Shown here piece after piece: positions 12,150 through 24,900 of a stretch of 34,424 nt of DNA; the first letter of the stretch is position 1, and each line of letters starts with the position of its first letter. Made by a program: the position numbers and the translations under genes. Source of the DNA: Conidiobolus incongruus B7586 (lineage: Eukaryota); the NCBI GenBank assembly GCA_000697335.1, contig JNEM01006360.1, positions 1-34,424 of the forward strand, read 5' to 3'. Below the pieces are notes generated by a model. The model was not told where the DNA came from and ran no database searches. It was given only the letters and a program-made list of their open reading frames with translations.

Positions 12150-12286
12150 TTGAGTCATTTTGATTTCAAATTCGATTTTGTATTCTATTCAACCCTCAAT
12201 TTCAATATAGATTGATAAAAAAGCTATTTAAATTATTTAATATATAAATTTTTTGAAATTATTGGTTAATTGAATATAATTAAGAG

Positions 12287-12291
<5 letters not shown>

Positions 12292-12317
<26 letters not shown>
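12292..12317. repeat. (TA)13 microsatellite
   Basis: Read directly from the sequence. Confidence 0.9.
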
Positions 12318-12322
<5 letters not shown>

Positions 12323-12907
12323 TTTGTAAAAATGTATTGGATTTACCAAAAATTTTAAAATATTAATTGATTAAATATAAAAAGATTCTTATATAAAGTT
12401 GCTACTGTGTAGTAATTTAATATAAATATCAAAGGAATTTGGATTCTATATTCTGATATGTAAATTGTGAAATAATACAATAAAAGACATATAGTATATT
12501 TTAGGTATATAAAATAGATATACTTGCTATCAAATTTTAACAACATATTAAAGTTTGGCGTATTTGAATTGACATTACTTCAAACCTAAAACCACGAGTT
12601 AAACGTCTTTTAAAATTGCTCAATATCAATTTCGATGCAAACTTCAAATCAAAGTTACAACGTTTTTGATGAACTTGGTGATATTTGAATTAGCAATGGT
12701 TTCCAATTTTCAAAATTTGATGAGATAAATATAAAATAGAGTGTAATAGTTTGACTTATCAGATAGTTAATGGGTGAAATTAAATTAATCAATGACAAGA
12801 TTTCAATATTAGCAAAAAGATAATTAAACCTTTGATGAACCAATAGCATAAACAAAATGATATCACTACTATTTTAATTGGTTCTATTTGTTATGATATT
12901 TATCTAA

Positions 12908-12914
12908 TCCCACA
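12908..12914 (+). promoter_or_regulatory. TCCCACA motif variant, 95 bp from the NAP-family ATG
   Basis: One-base variant of the recurring motif, same orientation and similar spacing. Confidence 0.45.
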
Positions 12915-13008
12915 AATTAAATACTAAATTTTTTACACTTATTAGATCCCTTACTCAATTTTTTATATCACTGGAATATAATTTTGAGTTTAGGATACAA
13001 TTACAAAT

Positions 13009-14042
13009 ATGACTACCATTGACGACGTTTTACAGCCCGAACAATTACAAAAATTAGACGAATTGGAAGCTAAATTGGAAGCTTATCACGCCGAACAAAG
13101 TAATTAGGATAATTTGATGCTTGATAGTTTATAGATGTTTAACAATAATATTTAGCTAAAGAAGAAAAAGATTTGGCTGCTAAATACAGTAAGCTTCAAG
13201 CTCCTCTCCTGTCTGAAGTTCACAAAATTTTCTCTACTATTCCCGATTTTTGGATTAAAACAGTAAGTTTTATCAGTTTTATACCTCCAGCTAATTACTA
13301 ATTATATTATAGATCAAGAATCATCCTTCTTTAGGTATATATAAATTTTTATTAAAACTTTACTTTCTGAAACTAAATGCGTTATATTAGAATCGCTTTT
13401 GGATGAAGCTTCCGTTAATGTAATACATTATCATTATTATTAATTATACACAATATTCAACCAATTTTTATATAGGTTATTGAAAGTCTTACTTCTATTG
13501 AAGTTGATAGAAATGAAGAGGATCCTTCCATTATCAAACTTTCTTTCGTAATTTATTATCACAAATATAAACTCTTTTCGATTAACACTTTACATTAGCA
13601 TTTCAAAGACAACAAATACTTCTCAGCTCAAACCGTTGTTAGAGAACAATATTTGAAAGATGATGACATCGAACTTAAGGAACCCAAGATCGAGTTTAAA
13701 TCTGATGAGGTAATAATATTTAATAAACAGAATTGTAAGCGATTATCATATTTATTCTATTCACTTTAGTTGAAGGAAAAGGCCCTCAACCCTCCCCACG
13801 ACCATGATCATGACGAAGACGACGAATGTGGAGGTTCCGCCAACTTCTTGCAATACCTCACTAGCAAATATCCTAGCGAATTGGATGAACTTATTGCTGA
13901 TGATTTATACCCCAGAGCTGCCATCTATTTCCATGGTATTCCCGATGATCTTGAAGAACTTTTAGAAGAAGCTAACGGTCACGATGAAGATGATGACGAC
14001 GAAGATGATGATGAACAACCTGCCAAAAAGGCTAAGAACTAA
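13009..14042 (+). CDS. NAP-family histone chaperone (SET/TAF-I/Vps75-like), 7 exons
   Basis: Spliced translation gives a long N-terminal helix, IPDFWIKT|IKNHPSL, LTSIEV, F|HFKDNKYF, ELIADDLYPRAAIYF, an acidic tail and a terminal PAKKAKN. Six short GT-AG introns; micro-exons of 22 nt (13313-13334) and 29 nt (13391-13419). Confidence 0.9.
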
Positions 14043-14524
14043 TCTGTTGATTATATAGACCATTTTATATAAATTTACCTTGATATATCTTTTTTCCAAT
14101 ATATTGGTATATATGAATTTGGTTTCAATTATTTACTAAGTTTTAATTTTCATTATACATTCGAAAATCTATTTGTATTTGAATATTTTATATGATATTC
14201 AATCTCATCTTTCAAATAATTAATTTCAACTCTATTGAGTTATAAAATCATCTAATTTTCAGTTAATATATAAAACTGTCTTATAAGTATATATTTTGCT
14301 CCGTCAGTAATATATCCTTGCACATTATTAGAATATAATTAATATTTTGCAATCTATATTCCATATATTCAAACAATATATGATTAATTATTTTAATAAT
14401 TAAATCATAAATAATATACACCAAATACAAATAGTAAAACTAAGTCAAGGTTGAATAGTATAAAAATATTATTAATAGATTATTATTCAGGTAATAGATA
14501 TTAATATTTAATTTTATTAAATGA

Positions 14525-14637
14525 AAGGACAAGGACTGATGCAGTCACTCACCCTCGAATAGAATCCACTTCAGGATCGATCCCCACCCTAAATCCCCCA
14601 CAAGTAGTTATGTACTAATTCGACTACAATACCTCGT
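14525..14637. other. GC-rich structured intergenic island, candidate ncRNA of unidentified family
   Basis: Abrupt GC rise within very AT-rich DNA, several hairpins, no ORF or exon assigned. Confidence 0.3.
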
Positions 14638-15909
14638 TTAAATATTTATAAATCATGTTTATCACTATTGATATGATCTCACAAAACACAGTTTTATAAA
14701 TTCAACATTTTAATTGTATGTGTATCATAAAATTTAAATAATATAAAATTATATTAACACCTCTCTCGATTCCAAAAATTACAATAGTCATTCAATAATG
14801 TATAATTAATATAAGTATAATTAATTTGGAAAAATACTGAAACAATCAACTAGTACCAAATTACTCTAAAAATTTGTTGATTAACTTTGGTTTTGATTAT
14901 TTTTAACTCAATATAACACAACTTTAAATCTATGCCAATTAATTTTTACACCACAATTTTTTAGGTTATTATTCATTAAATGATAAATTATTAAAAAATA
15001 ATAAAACAAAACTTATGTAATTATAATGATTTATTAATATGCAAACTATTATTGCATATATATGAATATGCATATAATGCTCAAGATATACCAGTATATT
15101 ATTTAATATTAACTAATTTGTAATATCAATTTAGTCTATTATATTCACATATCGATCAATAAATTTTCTTAGCACTAAATGATATATATATGTTTCACTT
15201 TTTATAAATGCAATTATTAAAAATTCAAAACACTTAAAATAAAGCTTTGAATAAATTCACCCATTAACAATTTTATTTCTTCTACCATAATAGGTATATA
15301 TATATAAACTATATTTAATATTTTCTCATTTTTAAGACTAATATAGAGTGTAAATATTTCGGTCTATATTTCTAAAAACATGTAAATTTTCATATTAAAA
15401 TAATTAAGGTATCATATTTAAAGATAATCACTTACATCAATGTGTAATTATATATAAAAATAAGTTTGCTAATATAAATAATTAAAGTAATAATAAATAT
15501 GGTATAATAATATGAAATATTTATATTTCAAGTTAATATAAAAAATTGATTAAAAATTCTCAATTTGATGTATAATTTATATATAATATTTTAATGTTTT
15601 TTGTCAAAAAAATATAAAAGTTTATATGAGAGTGATTTTTAAAATGAAAAATTTAGTATTGCATTGATTTTAAAAACGATCGATCTTAAAGTTCAAATAG
15701 CTATATAGAATATCATTATTTATAAAGCTCATATATATCCAAATACAATTTTAGTATTATTTTAAAATGATGGCCATATCCTAGTTCATTGGATAAAGTC
15801 TCGAAAAATATACTAGCAATTATAATTAAAAAATTGAAAACAAATTTATTAATTAATAAAGAGAGACTTCTGAAATAAATTGGAGATATAAATGAATTTA
15901 AAATAATTA

Positions 15910-16020
15910 CATGCAAGAGCTTAGCCGTATGATCGCGTGCTTCATGTTCAATCTGAGATGGAATCAAATCCCGAACCCCCGACTGCCATGCGATGATTTT
16001 CCAACCCGGTCACTCCAAGT
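15910..16020. other. GC/CpG-rich intergenic island, candidate ncRNA or regulatory element
   Basis: About 110 nt with retained CpGs in AT-rich flanks; a long G-U-containing hairpin is possible on the minus strand. Confidence 0.3.
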
Positions 16021-16486
16021 AACATATTGGATACAGAATAATTTATTATCTAATATGACTACTCAAATATAGCATTGGGTTTGATATAATGTAAATTTTT
16101 TATTCTAATCTTGCATATTATAAAATTTAATATTATTGAATATTTCGAATGTTCTTTGCAGTTGGTCTTACAAATTATTATTTGGCTGATAATTGAAAAA
16201 TAAAATTTTTCAAAAAATTCACATGACCTCCCATAAAGTTCAAAATTGTCCCCTACTTAAAATTTCAATACAAGTAAATAAATAATTGTTAATGAGATAA
16301 AATTTAAGTCACTAGTTAAATTTCAAATTTTATCACTTTCACTTAAACTCAATTTTATCTTTTTAATACTTTAAATTGTTCACAATATTATTCAAAATAT
16401 AGTTGCAAATATAATCATATAGCATTTACTATTATTATTTGTTGATATCATATAAAAATAATAGAAATTTTGACAAATTTGATAGT

Positions 16487-19320
16487 ATGGGTTATTTAGA
16501 AACTTTTTCAGTAAATCATTAATTTGTATATATCCATTATATCGTATTAACTAATAATAATTAGAATGAAAAGCCGAATGTGGGTTTAGATATAGTCAGG
16601 TCGCGTTTTAAAAAGGCCAAAGCTATGAATGATGAATGGGCTGACTTGATCAAAGAGAGGTATATAAACAATAACCAATCTTAGATTAACAATTATATAA
16701 CTAGAATTTATATAGAATATTAATTGAAGAGCAATATGCTAAACAACTTTTAAAATTATCCAAAAAACCTTTTGTTATGGATAGACAATCTGTTGGGTAA
16801 TATGGTTAATTATTTAAAAAATAATAGATTAAATTTATTATATTGTTAGTACGATACAATTCCAGTGTGAAAGGTTGCAAGCTGAAATGTCAGAACTTTC
16901 TAAACATCATTCTAAACTCGCTTCGGAATTGGCTTCTAAGATTGAAAAGCCTTTAAGGACTTCTCCAGATCTAGCTCTTGAACCTGCTGAATTCAAAGTG
17001 GTAAATTTTATTATTATATCTATATTTCTAATAACCAATTTTAATTTAACTGTGGATTAGATTGAATCTAATGCTTTAAAAGTATGTCGTGAATATACTG
17101 AAAAGAGCGCAAAAATACAAAAGGCAAGTATCAAGTATTTAGATATATACATTTTATTAATAAATTGATTATTTTGAATAGAAATCGAAAAGTTCTGAGA
17201 AGGCAATGTTTTGGAAAAATACCTCTGGTAGATAATATTCACAGCTATAGATTTAATTCAATCAAATATTGATTAATCATTATAGAGAAAAAGAAGAAAG
17301 AAATGAATAAATCAGTTGAAGAACTTTCTGTGGCTTTCGAAGCTGAAATGAAAAAGTTTTATGAGGTATTGTCCAAAACATCATATTCTATCTGGTTCTT
17401 ATTAATTGAAATTGATAGGCAGCTGAACAGGTAGATTTAATAAGAGTGGAAGCTTTAAAACAAATTCTCTTCCAATATGCCGATTTGCAATCCCAATTAT
17501 ATTGCTCAACTTTACAAGTAATCAGACAACACAGGTTGATTTTAAATTATATTAATTATTTTAACTTATAGACCGTTGAAGACTCTAAAATTAACTATGA
17601 TATCAATGTTGAAGAATGTCTAAGAGAATTTTGTAGTAATTACACAACATTGAACGTTTCTACCTCTTCCCTTGGTCAAAATGTAAGCAAACAATCTAGT
17701 AAGGATAATGGATTTGGATCTTGGATTCTGAAAAATCGCAAAAATTCCAATTCTACCCTTGGCTCTACTATCAGCCGCGGAGAAAACACTTCTTCCTCTA
17801 GCTTACCCCGTGAATCAGCACACGCTTCTTTGGAAATTCCACAAGCCATTAGTGAAATCCCAGTTGATGAAGAAGGCTACTCCATTCCACCATCTCATCC
17901 CAAGAATTCGATTAGTAATGATACCAATGAAAATGGAAACCATCTTAATAGTGATAATGAGGGATCAGACACAAGTAGCATTGAAATTCAACAACCAAAA
18001 GTCCAATTTGAAATTCAAGACAAAGCTATCACAGAAAATCCTGAAGACGTTGCACTCGCTTTTAGTAAGGTAACAAGTACACTCAAGCTCCAACAAGGTT
18101 CAGGATATCGTTCAACTAGAGCTCGTCGTGACCGTACTAGAGACTCAACTATTCCCTCTTTTGCAAATGGCGCTAGGCCTCATTCCACATTTTCTGAGCC
18201 ATCTGAAGGCAATAATGAATTCTCACCAATTACTGGACCTGCTGCTATACGACCTATCTCTGCTTATACTTTAAGAACCTTTCAAGGGTCTCCCGAAGTT
18301 CCTAGGTCAATTTATGAACAGTCATTAATAGCATCCAGAACCGAAGAAACCATTAATGCCTTGATTGTAAATGGCCAATTGAAGAATTTGGTTGTGTCGG
18401 GTAAGGTTTATATAAATGTTAATCCAGGAACAACTCAAGAACAGCTATCTGAATTATTTATCAATATTCCAAATAATTCTCACCAGCCTAGTATCTACCC
18501 CTCAAAATATCTTGAATTATCCTCACAAGACCCATCACAATATATCTTTGACCACAAAAATACTTCTAAGCTCATTGGAAAAGATACATGTATACTCCAA
18601 TACTCTATCAAAAAACAAGATAATTTTGAATCTATTCTACCAATGGAAGTTTATTCAGTATTTAACAATTTATCTGATTCTAACAATACTCAATTCTCTA
18701 TATCCATTGTTTTTAACCTTCAAGAATCCAAACCACAATATCTCTGGGATAGATTCATTGTGACCGCTGCAATTCCACATTTCGATAATAAGTCTAAAAG
18801 ACCACCTATCTATTCTGTACCCATGGCCACTTGGAATGCTTCTGACCAGACTGCAAGATGGTCAGTGACCACTACTCATCCTAACTTTACCATTTTGGGA
18901 CAGGCTCCAACCAAATCATCATTCCCAATTAGCATAGACTTCTCACTTCGATCAGAGTCATCTTGTATTGGCTTTGGAATTTCTGCTGTTGATAAACAAA
19001 ATCAACCTGTATCTTCCGAAATATTCATTCAAGGACCCGTCCAAATATCATCAGGCGTAGTGTTAGCTTCATCTCAAGAGTTTGACCTTAAGCAATTGTC
19101 GAAATCTAATCAAATCTCATCTCCAACGTCTAGTCCCGCTCCGGTTACCGTAAATGGATTATCACAGGAACATGAAATAAACTTTACACATTCAGATAAT
19201 CAGGTAAAAGAAAATGAAGCTGAAATCAATCAACAAGCTGACCAGATCGAAACATCTCCAGAACAAACTAATACATCTCCTGAGAGAGTTGGCATTGAAG
19301 AGCCTACCTCCAATAATTAA
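16487..19320 (+). CDS. SYP1: F-BAR plus mu-homology-domain endocytic protein (Syp1/FCHo muniscin)
   Basis: Short 5' exons encode F-BAR motifs (MGYLETFS|NEKP...MNDEWADLIKER|ILIEEQYAKQLLKLSKK). The large last exon has VDEEGYSIPP and the muHD start EETINALIVNGQLKNLVVSGKV. Confidence 0.85.
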
Positions 19321-19491
19321 ATTTTATTCGAAAATTGGTACTTTTTAGAATTATTCTATATTCATTTTCATTTTTTATTTAATTTTAAAAACCCTTTTAA
19401 TAAAAATCAATTATTTTAGCAAATTTATAAATTAGATAAAGCCAATATCTATATTTATCATTTAATTTACTAAAATCTTAAATTATTTATT

Positions 19492-20373
19492 CTAAAATTC
19501 GAATTGATCTTGCTTTAACAATTCAATCATACCAGGGGCCATTCTAGGCTCATTCTTTTCATTTTTAACATATCTAAATGGCATGATAGTAGAATCCCTG
19601 TATTATTATTAATTAATCAGTTCATTGACAGATTATGTTAAATTTACATTTTGCCTAACTTAATTTCGGGATGGTCAATAAATTCAATTTTTTCAAAGGG
19701 GACTTTATCTTCAACAATGATTTTACTCACTAAGACGGCTCCATCTGTTGTCATTTGAGCGGTACCTAAATGCCGAGCTATAGAAAATGAATATTAATTA
19801 TATTATTATAAATCAAGTGAAAAATTGAATTACTTGGAAAATTGAATTTTCTTAATTCACTCGTTCTGTCACTAAATATCCTAATTAGTTTTGATAATTA
19901 AATATTAATCAATCAATTACGGGACTAAACATTCCATAGCAATAGTATCTTCATCACCCAAAATGCCACCAAATAGTAAATATTCGTATTCAGTATCATC
20001 AGTAGTTTGCATTACGGAGCTAGCTTCTTGATCTAATAAGCAAATCTAAATAAACAAACAATGAGCACAAAATCAAAATTATTCAAGCATCAATGTAATA
20101 ATGTATCATACTTTCTCGAAAGGGATACCCAATTCAGTGACCGATTTCAAATAACAATTTTCCTTCTTAATTTCTGGTGGCATCTGGTCCAAGTCACCTT
20201 CCTTCAAATTGGTAAATATTAAATTCTCGCTACCTACCACTTGGGCCATATGAGCATATTCCAATTTACACCTGACCATTATATAGTTGAATAAATTGAA
20301 TTTGAATATTTGTAAATTTAATTTTGTACCATGGGTATACTTCATCTTCCATATGCTCAATTATATATTTCAT
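19492..20373 (-). CDS. SFM1: SPOUT-class SAM-dependent methyltransferase, Sfm1 family
   Basis: Spliced translation gives MKYIIEHMEDEVYPW|CKLEYAHM, LLDQEA, YLLFGGILGD, DRTSELRK, RHLGTAQMTTDGAV, FIDHPEI and MPFRY, ending in TAG at 19492. Confidence 0.9.
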
Positions 20374-20475
20374 TTTTTGATCTATTAATCTATAAATTAA
20401 ATTTAATTAACCTTATTTTTTTAATTATTGCCACCTTAAATAAATCTATATTAAATATTCAAATTATAAAAGAAT

Positions 20476-20482
20476 TATGGGA
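20476..20482 (-). promoter_or_regulatory. TCCCATA upstream motif, 103 bp from the SFM1 ATG
   Basis: Recurring oriented motif. Confidence 0.55.
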
Positions 20483-21031
20483 CTTTCAAAATGAAAGTTT
20501 GCAAATTGATAATGAATTAGATGAATGGCTAATTTCACAATTGAAAAATAATAAAAAATCATCTTATAAATTTCCAAAATTGGAGATTTCTTATTTTCTA
20601 AATTTAGTAAATATTTTTAGTTAAGTAAATGCTAAATAATAACATTAAAAAAATGAAATATTAATAAATAAAATCGATTTATAGGTTTCAAACAGTACCT
20701 AAGATAAATATATAATAATCCGGATTATTTTTATTATATAAATGCAAACCTTTTAAATAAAAATTAATTAAAACTATTTAAACTGTATTTTCAACAAAAT
20801 TTAACATTAATTAAAATGAGTAAAAATCAATAATCAAATATCAACATTTATGAAACATTTTCAAACCAATTTGCCAAATTGAATCTATGTTAACCTCAAT
20901 ATAAAAATAAGTCAAATGACTTGAAATTTATAATCAAACCACCAAAGTTGTTTAAATTAATACATTGTTTTAATATATCATCAACATAATAATAAATAAC
21001 AATTTAACCTGTATTGTAGCACAATCTCAAA

Positions 21032-21886
21032 ATGAGACTATTCAGCCAAAAGGAGAAAGAAGTGGAAAAGAAGGCTCAGTCAGTGAAGGATGCATCGTTA
21101 ACTGATCTCGAGAAGGGAGGAATCAGTATGGCAATGATCCCCATTGACGAGGAATTATTCGCTGTAGAACCCCAAATTGAAGAGCGCGTGACTTGGAGGA
21201 TGAAGGCGCGTGACTTTATTTGTTCGCCGAGGTTCCAATATACAATGTCCGGTTTGGTCGTTCTGAATTTAGCACTGAGTATCGGAGAATTCGTTATTAG
21301 TATTTTTACGGCTAAGGGTACTGTGAAAGAAGATAATGTAGACGAAATCGAGTTTGCTATATTATGAACCAATTTAAGTTTATTGAGTTTTTTCGTTTTG
21401 GAAGTTATCGTTCGTGCCGGTCTTATAGGATTTAAAATCTATTTTAAAGATGGTTGGAACGTACTGGATTTCTTTATAGTATCGGTATCCTGTTTGATCG
21501 AAGCAATGTACTTGGAGAACAGTTTCAAAGAACTGCAAAAGATCGTAACTGTTGCTATGGCTTTCCGTTTGTGGAACGCGCTCCGTATTGTTCACTTGAT
21601 CAGTCGTACTCTTGATAACCAGGAACAAGCGAGATTAGACGCTGCAAAAGATCAAAATAAAAAACTACAGAATGAATTGTCTGAGATTCAGCGCAAGAAC
21701 GAGCGTTTAAAGAAGGAGAGAGATAGACATCTCAGCAAAACCAAGAAGATGGAAAGAGAGTTGGAAATCATTCAAATCAAAACGATTAACTCATTTCAGC
21801 AGTCTTGGCAGAAGATTGTGCCACTGACAAGTACAGTTCAAATTAAATCAGGCTTAGTGAAAGATAAATCAATTACAAAAAAATAA
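21032..21886 (+). CDS. Hv1-like voltage-sensor-only protein interrupted by an in-frame TGA (21365-21367); possibly a pseudogene or sequence error
   Basis: The two ORFs 21032..21367 and 21383..21886 share one frame. S1 LVVLNLALSIGE, S2 LLSFFVLE, S3 WNVLDFFIVSVS, S4 FRLWNALRIVH, then a C-terminal coiled coil. No pore domain. Confidence 0.8.
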
Positions 21887-21939
21887 AAATCAATTAATAA
21901 ATATGAATTAAATAATGCCCACTGAATATAGTTAATTTA

Positions 21940-24900
21940 TTAGTGAGAAAAATTGGATGAAATTGTTTTCGTTAAAGGATCGTATGTGGATGCAATTGAA
22001 AGTATGATATTGATATCCGAGGATTGAACCCTAATAACAATTAGTATTGTTATCATTTAAGTATCATTAATATGTATTTACCCTATAAAAGAAGCCAATG
22101 TAGTATTATCCCAAGTAGAGGCATCTTGATTCTCTCTAAGTACTGATGATAATAATATACTTTTGTAATACAACTGTCTCAATCGATCTTCCAAATATTG
22201 AACAACCTGACATCAACAATAAGTATCAAATTTAATCAATGTCAATCAATTATACTTACAGATTCTGAGGGCATTCCAAATTGCGACAATTGATGAGTTT
22301 CCTGTAAAGTTTCTTGAACGTGATCAGATGGAATGGATCTGAGTATAGATACCGATCTTCCAGGAGCTTGTCCAAATGACTGATTATGACTAAATAAATT
22401 TATGTTAATACCATTAAGTTATTTGAATAATAATGTATTACTTGGATTGGAAGCCATCATATTCGATTAAATGTGTTTGCCTAATTAATCATGATTATTT
22501 ATTACAAAGATATTTCTAATCATTTAAACTTACCAGGTATTTGTATCAGCAACGATACATACAGCTTTCTTAACTGGTTCGTCATAAGAAAACTAAAAAT
22601 TCATTATTAATTATAAATACTATAAAATATAATATCAGAATTACTTGAACAGAAGTTTTTAAATCATTCTCCAAACTATCAATAAAATCGAATCGAGGCA
22701 CACCCAACAATACGAAATCAGGTTTATAATGATTACAATAACTCGACATGAGTGATCTTCCATAAGATTTAGTGTACAAAAACTGAGCATCCGGAGTGAT
22801 CGCTAACTCTTCACTATCTGCTTGTTGCGATAGTTTGTTGTTTAAATTTGGTGGAAATATCTCTACCAATTGGCCTCTATAAACTATCATGAGTAAATTG
22901 GTGTATGTATTAAATTAATATGAAATTACTGAGGTAGTATAAATTCGATAAAATCTGAGCTATTTGTAAAACTATCGGTTGTTGGTGACGTCGTTTTAAC
23001 CTCGTCGACTTGATCTAATATTAAAAAAAGTGATAAATATCTAATAAATTATTAATAAAGTATAAATAAAATTACTAGATCTAGGTTCAGTATCTCTAAT
23101 CATATTACTTATACTCTGATTATTTTCAGAATTCTCATTATTATTCAAATCTTCTTGAGGATTGGAAAGATTAGACAATTCCAATCCCTTCGTGGACGAA
23201 TTGGAAGTGGGAGACTTTTTACCAGATAAAATGATGGAATTTTTATAGCCCACAGGTTCTAAATTTTTAAAATCCTCAATAGACCACTTTTCCGAACTAA
23301 GTACAATTTCGTTGCAGCGGATAAAATATGTGAGGATGAATAAAATCCGAGATACGAGATCGGAATCGGATCCTACAATGATTGTTCTACTGACTTGGGA
23401 GATACAGCCTACATTTCCGTATAAATCGCTGAGTTGAGCCCACAAAGGATTGTAAGACAGTTTTGTCTTGAGATCTTCTGTCTTATAAGAATTTGCAGGC
23501 ACTACTGGGACCCATGACAAATGATGACTCAGCACGTTAGAAATGAGTCCAGATATAAAATAATTAGTTTTCTTCGTATCGTAATTGGAAATAAGATAGG
23601 ATAATTCTTTAATCAAAGAATCTGTATATGTAGTGCGATTATGGGGTAGTGATAAAATATTTAACCATAGAGGCTCTTGAATTCTTGGTGTTGTGTACAA
23701 ACTGATTAATTCTTCACGAAATATATTTACCTGGTCCAATAAAGCTTGATTGCTCTGCAATTGAAAAGCATCTAAAAATACAGTTGCTGGCAAAGACGAT
23801 GAAGAGTATTTTGAATTAAATATCTATATCGAATACAAATTAAATAATATAAAAATATTAACATAAAAGAATCTTACAGAATTGCTGCCTGATACTGTGC
23901 CAACTGAAGATTTGGATTTGGCTGCAAATTCTCTAGAGATAATTTCCTTTGCTAAGGTGTACAATTTGTGAATTTTAATTTCTATCAAACTGTAATGAGA
24001 GTGTAAGAAATCGCGAAGGTGGCGATTAGTGCCAATATCGATGACGATACCAATAGAAAACATGGTATGTCTTGCACGTCGATTTATATTACCCTAAATT
24101 CAATTTAATATTATATAATAGAACTGTATATATTTGAATATATTACAAAGTCATCATGCTTGGTACTGGGTAAAGTGGTGGGGCTAAAAGCACCGTTTTC
24201 TAAACTAGTTCTGCCAGCTTTCTTCAGTCTCCTATCCAAGTGAATATTGTGGAATGACGATAAAGAACTTGCGACAGATGTGGATAAAACGTCGTGAATG
24301 TTTGAATCTTCTGAGTGGTCCGAATAGGCGATGTCGCTATTTTTGGATTCGTAGGATAGTGGATCGCCCAATTCTGCTAATGTTGAGTTCATATTATTGT
24401 CGAGATTATTGTTTATGGGAATTGATCTTATGGATTTGGATAATATTGCTTCAATTTCCGATGTGGTGAGTGAAAATAATAATGTTAATAGTAGCTGTGG
24501 TGTTGGTCCGTTAATTGTATGCAACTTGGTGGTAGTGCCCTTGAATGACATGGGTACTGTTCCAAACATCATATCTCCAATAGGTCCCAAATTATATCTG
24601 CGAGGGTTTCTTAAAGGTGACTTTTGAGTTGTTGGAAATGTGTTGGAGCTATTAATAGTTATTAAAACATTTTCATTAATAATATATAATTAATTCAAAT
24701 ACCTAATTTCTACATGAGCAGTATCGCCAGATTTAACATTTTCAATACTATTCGAGACCTGAGTTAACTGGTCCGAATCGAACAAAGCAGTTTTATTTTG
24801 GTCACCGGGATCTTGGCACACTAAAACTCTAATGTCTTGAGGTTTAAAACTTGGAACACACCATCTACCCCAGTAATTAGTCAATAATAATTAATTGAAT

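Noticed and set aside
14534..14546. Hammerhead ribozyme core
   Set aside because: The sequence is CTGATGC rather than CTGATGA, and there is no correctly placed GAAA or stem set.
14586..14592. Telomerase RNA template as a firm call
   Set aside because: Only 7 nt match the repeat, and no pseudoknot or P6.1-like hairpin could be shown.
15950..15985. TPP riboswitch or tRNA
   Set aside because: CTGAGA is present but the downstream conserved TPP elements are not; no cloverleaf or proper T-loop.
21365..21367. Selenocysteine codon or genome-wide TGA reassignment
   Set aside because: The site is not a Cys-equivalent position, no SECIS was recognised, and conserved Trp residues in the other genes use TGG.
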